64,000 nt of DNA, from assembly GCA_964016885.1 (NCBI GenBank), contig OZ024761.1, positions 4,712,001-4,776,000 on the forward strand, read 5' to 3'. Shown here piece by piece: positions 57,255-64,000 of this stretch. The translations under genes were made by a program, and so were the position numbers. The notes beneath the pieces are model-generated. The model was not told the origin of the DNA. It ran no database searches and saw nothing but the letters and a program-made list of their open reading frames with translations. This DNA is from Eledone cirrhosa (lineage: Eukaryota). Each line of letters starts with the position of its first letter. The stretch's first letter is position 1.

Positions 57255-57847
57255 GTAAGAAATCTTGTCACACTGGTCTGAATAAAACTGCCGGATGGTT
57301 TATCCCAATGAGTGTTTTATTTAGTGATAAAAACAACCAGTTAGAACAAGCCTCGAATTTCTTCACTGCTAGCTGTGTGCCCGGAGCAATGAGCGGTACA
57401 AATATGTGTAGGTTGTGTACTCCAAACTGCAAACGGAACAGTGATAACCTTTACTACGGGTACGATGGAGCAGCTAGATGCCTGAAAGAGACTGACGCCG
57501 ATGTTGCCTTTGTGAAGCATACAACATTCCTGAACGAGGCTGACAAGGGTAACTATGAGCTACTGTGTTGGGATGGTACCACTGCAAACATTGACGATTA
57601 TGAAACCTGTCATTTAGCCGCAACTCCTTCTCATGCTATTGTCGGCTGCAACAGCTTACGCTCCGATCAAATTGAAGACATTTTTGAAAGTTTTAATAGC
57701 ATGAGCGACGAAATACTATTTTCTACGCAATACGGTAAAAACCTGATATTTTCCGACAACACTGATTACTTGATGGCGCAAAACACCTCATACATAGATT
57801 TTTTAGGTCCCCAATACATGAACGCCCTGCCAGAAGTTTCATGTTAA
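57255..57847 (+). CDS. Transferrin-family gene, exon 4 (terminal)
   Basis: Pyrimidine tract plus CTAG acceptor; GKKSCHTGLNKTAGWFIP...FFTASCVPG...YYGYDGAARCL...DVAFVKHTT...YELLC.DG...CHLAATPSHAIV...KNLIFSD...FLGPQY...VSC then stop. Confidence 0.96.
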
Positions 57848-58022
57848 GATACCAACGACTTTTGGTACTTCAATATATTAGTGGAATTATCAGAAATGTG
57901 ATGTAACATCTCATTTACTTAACTATAATAGAAATATCAGAAATGTAATGTAACATCTTATAGACTCCAATCATAGAAAACTATTCATTATAACTTTTAC
58001 ATTTCTTAATTTTTTTTACGGA

Positions 58023-58028
58023 AATAAA
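58023..58028 (+). terminator. Probable polyadenylation signal of the transferrin gene
   Basis: AATAAA ~175 bp after the stop codon, followed by T/GT-rich sequence. Confidence 0.55.
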
Positions 58029-58110
58029 TTTTTCTATTTATTCTATATCACGTGTCGTTTTGTTATACATACATACATACATACTTACATACATACATAC
58101 ATACATACAT

Positions 58111-59456
58111 ACACCGGAAACTTCCACATCAACAGTGACATAGACCGCTTTACTTGAAACATAAGCAGGGAGGCAGAGGCCTAACATCAGTCCAGACAAC
58201 ATTTGAATGTCGAATCATATCTCTCTGACAACATCTACGAACCTCGAAGCGTAGGAGCCCGTTTCTTGAGCAATTCTATCTGCATGAAATAGATAAGATC
58301 ATGAGAGTTGGGAAGGAACTCCTCGAGAGATATTCCCTGTGTGATAATCAAAACTCACACCCAGCGAAGTCGCTCAGCAGTATCGCAGTGAATCCATGGA
58401 TGAAAAACTGCATGCTTATCAGCAAAAAATCATGCATGGATATGTTGCCAGGAAGCTCCAGCGTGAGAGTAATATAGATAAGGAAAGTAGTCTATCTTGG
58501 ACCAACAACCGCTATATTGGCTCCCACTTTGAAGGATACGCTTTTGCAATCCAAGAACAGGAGATTAACACGAAATACCTTATTCACAAAAGAGATAGGG
58601 ATGCAGGCAAAACACCTAGATGTGATAACAAGTGCAAACTCTGCAGAACTAACATCGAGGATATCACCCATGACATCAGCAGCTGCCCAAAGATTGTCAT
58701 CGCGGTACTATCTACCTATGAGGCATGATGTAGTGGCCAAAACACTGTACAATGCAGTTCGTAAAAAAGATAACCCCGATAATAAACACATTAAAAGCTA
58801 CAACAATGTGGAAGACATCCATGTACATAATATGAAAGAGTACTGGTGGAATGTTCCAGTGAAAACCCCAATAAAATGCAGGCATAACAGACCAGATATT
58901 ATGATATGGGACAGAGAGAAGAAAGCATGCACAGTAGTGGAAATTAGCTGCCCAACAGATGCCAATATAATATCAATGATTAGTGAAAAGGAGAATATTT
59001 ATGCAGAACTAATGAGAAATCTGCAGATACTCCACCCTGATTACACTTTCAGATTTATGCCTGTGATTATTAGGGCACTGGGATATGTTAGTAACTGCCT
59101 CAATACAAATCTTGAGAAGCTAGGCTTCACAGGAACAGAAAGAACACAACTAGTTACGAAACTACAAGTACAATCCATTAATGGAACAGTAAAAATATGT
59201 AAAACATTCCAAAAATTTTGCATCTAATAACTGCATATACACATGTACAGATACAAAGCATATACACATGCACACATACAACTCAAAACATACACATCCA
59301 CACATACAATAACATCCATATCTACACATGCATGCATACATACATATCTACCTAGTTGATGTTGTGTAAATTCCAATGAGAGAGTCTTGTGTCTATGTTA
59401 GAAACCGACTCTCTCTCTATTGGTAAAACTTTGTAAAATTATAAAACCAGAAGAAC
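58111..59456 (+). mobile_element. R4/Dong-clade LINE 3' half (CCHC zinc knuckle, restriction-like endonuclease, 3'UTR) in (CATA)n
   Basis: TGNFHINSDIDR.YL..QGGRGL, FAIQEQEINT, CKLC....EDITH.ISSC, RHDVVA, HNRPDIMIWDR..VVEISCP; small frameshifts. Confidence 0.92.
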
Positions 59457-60077
59457 ATACATACATACATATATGATGGTTACAAACTCAGCTAAGAGTA
59501 CTGCAATCGCTTGTCAGATTATAGAGTTTGGTGCACTTGTAGGCTACGACCAGCCACACGAATCTGTAACAAATCCTGAACAAGCAATGTTGACCTTAGA
59601 AAGTGTTGACTTTAGCTGTGTCACCATTATATATATATGCTAGCACCCTCCCAGCCTTCGCTCTCGTCTGTGCTTAAGTCTATTCATAAGACACCTATTG
59701 CCATCTGTCGTAGTCTCTAGTTTCATTAAAAGATGTTAAATGGTATTTAAATATGGCATAACATAATTTTAAAAATCTATTTAGAATATCTAAATAGAGA
59801 AAGTAATAAAGAAAATAACAGAAAAATGAAGTCTATGGAAATTATAAAACATTTACAGAACTTCAGTATATAAAATGTTGGTAACTTTTTTCTTAGGAGC
59901 ATATATGAAGAGTTTGTTGGGCTTTCCTAGTCTGGAATAATTTACATACAATGGACCATGTAAGAAACATCTCTCTTCTAGATGGAGATGACAACCTGCA
60001 GGGTTTGATCTTGGGACTTGTTAATGGTCATTATGTAACTGACTCTCACTGGGAATGGCATCATTTGAAATGGAAGG

Positions 60078-61125
60078 GGACATCTGTTGGTATTATCGGT
60101 ACTCTAGGACATATGTTGGTATTATCGGTACTCTAGGATATCTGTTGGTATTATCAGTATTCTAGGACATCTCTTGGTATTATCGGTACTCTAGGACATC
60201 TGTTGGTATTATAGGTACTCTAGGACATCTGTTGGTATTATCGGTACTCTACGACATATGTTGGTATTATCGGTACTCTAGGACATCTGTTGGTATTATA
60301 GGTACTCTAGGACATCTGTTGGTATTATCGGTACTCTAGGACATTTGTTGGCATTATCGGTATTCTAGGACATCTGTTGGTATTATCGGTATTCTAGGAC
60401 ATCTGTTGGTATTATAGGTACTCTAGGTCATCTGTTGGTATTATAGGTATTCTAGGACATCTGTTGGTATTATCAGTACTCTAGGACATCTGTTGGTATT
60501 ATAGGTATTCTATGACATATGTTGGTATTATAGGTATTCTAGGACATCTGTTGGTATTATAGGTATTCTAGCACATCTGTTGGTATTATCGGTATTCTAG
60601 GACATATGTTGGTATTATCTGTATTCTAGGATTTCTGTTAGTATTATCTGTATTCTAGGACATCTGTTGGTATTATCGGTATTCTAGGACATCTGTTGGT
60701 ATTATCGGTATTCTAGGACATATGTTGGTATTATCGGTACTCTAGCACATCTGTTGGTATTATCTGTATTCTAGGACATCTGTTGGTATTATCTGAATTC
60801 TAGGACATCTGTTGGTATTATCGGTATTCTAGAACATCTGTTGGTATTATCGGTATTCTAGGACATCTGTTGGTATTATCGGTATTCTAGGACATCTGTT
60901 GGTATTATCGGTATTCTAGGAATCTGTGGTATTATCAGTATTCTAGGACATCTGTTGGTATTATCAGTATTCTAGGACATCTGTTGGTATTATCAGTATT
61001 CTAGGACATCTGTTGGTATTATCGGTATTCTAGGACATCTGTTTGTATTATCAGTATTCTAGGACATCTGTTGGTATTATCGGTATTCTAGGACATCTGT
61101 GGTATTATCGGTATTCTAGGACATC
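60078..61125. repeat. 29-bp minisatellite, ~36 copies
   Basis: GGACATCTGTTGGTATTATCGGTATTCTA. Confidence 0.97.
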
Positions 61126-62047
61126 ACCAGACATGACAACTGCTGCAGACTAGCCAACTGCCCTATCAACTACACAGACCTATGCCACCAGGCTTACGTA
61201 GTATACAGACTAGAGTGTGACAAATGCAACAACTTCTACGTAGGTAGCACCACCAGACCACTCCACATAAGAATAAAAGAACACCTCAATACTAACGCTT
61301 GCTCATTTAAGAAACACCTAGTTAAATGCAAAAACTCAGATAAAAACATAACAGTTAGGATAGAAACTAAGGAAAGAAACCTCGGCAATCTTAGAATTAA
61401 GGAAGCACTTATTATAGATAAAACACATCCTCCAATCAATAATAGACTAGAGCTCAACACCAAATTTATAACCTGATAGGGCCTCTAGCCCCATATTTAC
61501 ACACCCCACACACACGCACACGCACCCACACACGCTTACACCTCCACTTATTCTCTCTCACACATACACACACAAAACCAGTTCTAACACCAGATAACAC
61601 CTACCCCACACTTTTACGATTAGACCTTTCTTCCCACACTCACACACACACACCCACATACCTACACCTTCATGCATTCTCCCACACACATATACAGGCA
61701 CGTATATAAAATAAAAAAAAACCAAAAAACCAAAAAAACAAAAAAAAAACCCTTAACAAACCCCTCTTAAAGGGAGACTACTCTTTATCCACCTAATTTT
61801 AATTCTTTGATATTAGAGTTAGAACAGATACTCTATACTATTTCCGGTCAGCATGGCTTGGCTAGAGATTTAAGACGCTGGTTTGAGACCTTTACTTCCC
61901 TCCGAAGAAGAGATATTATCTCGAAAATTAAGGACATTTAAATAAATTCAAGGTGAAAGACAAATTCTCAACAATATCTTTTACTATTGCATTCTTTTTT
62001 CTATGTCCATACCTGCATTGTTTTGGCCTTATTACACATATTCAAAC

Positions 62048-62050
<3 letters not shown>
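61126..62050 (+). mobile_element. Penelope 3' end (GIY-YIG plus pLTR) with hammerhead-like motif at ~61898-61935
   Basis: C..ANCPI...LCHQAYVVYRLECDKCNNFYVGSTTR...KEALII...PPINNRLE; CCGAAGA-AGAGAUAUUAUCUC-GAAAAUUA. Confidence 0.88.
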
Positions 62051-62110
<60 letters not shown>

Positions 62111-62589
62111 AATAAAGGAAGTCTGTGGGACTGCGTACGGTTTATTTTTTTTTATCCCGTTAGTAAAATAAGTTGGATTACATTTGAATAAATAATTGTT
62201 TCTACTTTAGGCACAAGGCCATCAATTACCCAGTGCATTACTTGAATAAATAATGAATGAATATTACATAATTTATCTACTAAATTTCGTAAACAAAAAT
62301 AATTTCATAAAAATCAATAATTTAAAATTGGCTTCTTTTCAAAGTTGGACTTCCGGTATATCGTTGCCACCACCACCACTTCAACTACCATATATATAAA
62401 AAGAGAGTGTGTGATGTCAACACTTCCGGTGGCGATTTTATTTGATGTATCATATCTACATGTATATATACTTGCGTATAATATCAATATACACACTACA
62501 CATGCTAGGAGAGAACCATATATATATATGTTATATATATATATTATATATACATGTTATATATATATGTTATATATATGTTATATATA

Positions 62590-62633
<44 letters not shown>

Positions 62634-62793
62634 TATATATAGTATATATATAATATATATATAGTATATATATATATAATATATATATAGTGTATATATA
62701 TATATATAATATATATATATAGTATATATATATATATAATATATATATATAACAAACATATATATATAACATATATATATATATATATGTATA

Positions 62794-62877
<84 letters not shown>

Positions 62878-62887
62878 AACGAGTAGG

Positions 62888-62983
62888 ACCCCGACGGCTG
62901 AGCTCAAGCCGTTTCGACGGCTAATTCTGGACTAAATGAACATTTTTATCCTGGTATTTGAATAGCCGAGCTTCTCAAGGGGT
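62888..62983 (-). ncRNA. Type I hammerhead ribozyme, U3-A8 core variant
   Basis: ACCCC-UUGAGAA-GCUCGGCUAUUC...GAAUUAGCCGUC-GAAACGGCU UGAGCUC AGCCGUC-GGGGU; GUC triplet. Confidence 0.72.
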
Positions 62984-63704
62984 AATTCCATATATGGTAA
63001 AAGTGGTTGTCACAAGGATTGGTCAAAAGTTTGTTGTTGAGACATAATAATTCTATGATGGCAATTTGTGGAGGGAAGGGGTAGCTGAACCTGCCAGTAG
63101 GAGAAAGAGGGAGAGGGGGTGGAGGAGACCCATTCATGCGTTGATAGTGCCGACTACAGCTGGGCATGAGGTCAAAGAAGATACTAGGGAGGGGGAGGGG
63201 AGGAAGTCGAAACAATAAGTAGAACAATATGGGGTAAATATATTAAAAAAATACCGAGAGTGTTAAAAAGCAATTAAATGTAAAAAAAAAATAAACAATT
63301 TCTGGTTACTATGACCTAAATCTCTCACTGGTACTGCTAGGCTAAAGAAAGGTATACTAGGTGGGACGGAATTATAATGAGACCCTTTTAAGAGGTATAA
63401 GTAATAAACCGAGTATATCTTACGGTGACGGGTCAACAAGTGAGGGGCCAAAATACTAAAGAAACTACCACGAAATAATAAATAAAGGTTTCTACCCCAG
63501 GCACAAGGCCAGCAACCACCCAGTGCAAAAAAAGTAAACTAATACGAAATAATAATTCAGAGTCCCGAAAAAGAATACTAATACTATCTCTAAGGGTGCC
63601 GCCACGATACAAAAGTTCTAGTGCAAGCTACATAAAAGCTCGTACGAAGTATATGTAAAATTTGATACGGAAAATTAATTCAGAATATCCCCCCCCCCCC
63701 CCTC

Positions 63705-64000
63705 CAAATGGATAAAGAGAGCTCCCGACTCACCCTTCGACGTCAGCATGGGCGCGACGGATTCGGCTGAGGTCACAGATCTTATAGGATTATTCCTAAT
63801 AGCCAAACTCACCGATATCTTTCCTGCATCGGCAGTGGATTGTACCGTGATGATGGGCTCCTTACCCTTAAAGGGTACAACCCCAGTAGTACAGATCGGG
63901 TCCGTAAACAATTAATCAGCTTCTTCCGTGACTGAGTAAACTTCCTGGACGTTACCCTTGACCTCGATAATAATCTGTACTACCCATACAGGAAACCTAA
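63705..64000 (+). mobile_element. Penelope reverse transcriptase fragment, running off the window end
   Basis: WIKR...FDVSMGATDSAEVTDLIGLFLI, then frameshifted YRDDGL and VNFLDVTLDLDNNLYYPYRKP. Confidence 0.85.

Noticed and set aside
59640-59950. Helitron 3' terminus on the minus strand (GCGAAGGCTGGGAGGGTG-CTAG)
   Set aside because: Suggestive only: the hairpin is weak and the flanking base is not the expected T.

Overview
Eukaryotic, AT- and microsatellite-rich genomic DNA. The mix of repeats (tRNA-derived SINEs, Penelope elements, RTE and R4/Dong LINEs, long (TA)n/(CATA)n tracts) suggests a mollusc, probably an octopod cephalopod; this is an inference. Almost all long ORFs in the supplied track are microsatellite read-throughs. 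One real host gene can be assembled by hand on the + strand. It is a four-exon, secreted, single-lobe transferrin of about 314 aa (coding exons 28130-28187, 39236-39410, 41059-41177, 57255-57847), with a TATA box, phase-compatible GT-AG introns, all four iron ligands and a polyA signal. Intron 2 carries ten tandem 73-bp hairpin units. Intron 3 carries a 13.5-kb array of a 28-bp satellite with higher-order structure. Two complementary, oppositely oriented halves of an R4/Dong-type LINE bracket the gene. Around and inside the gene are at least 8-10 type I hammerhead ribozyme motifs from several Penelope/retrozyme-like families, including a U3-A8 core variant. Fragments of RTE, Vingi-like, CRE-like, Tc1/mariner, hAT and Helitron elements are also present. 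All calls were made by eye and by manual translation and base pairing; no searches were run.
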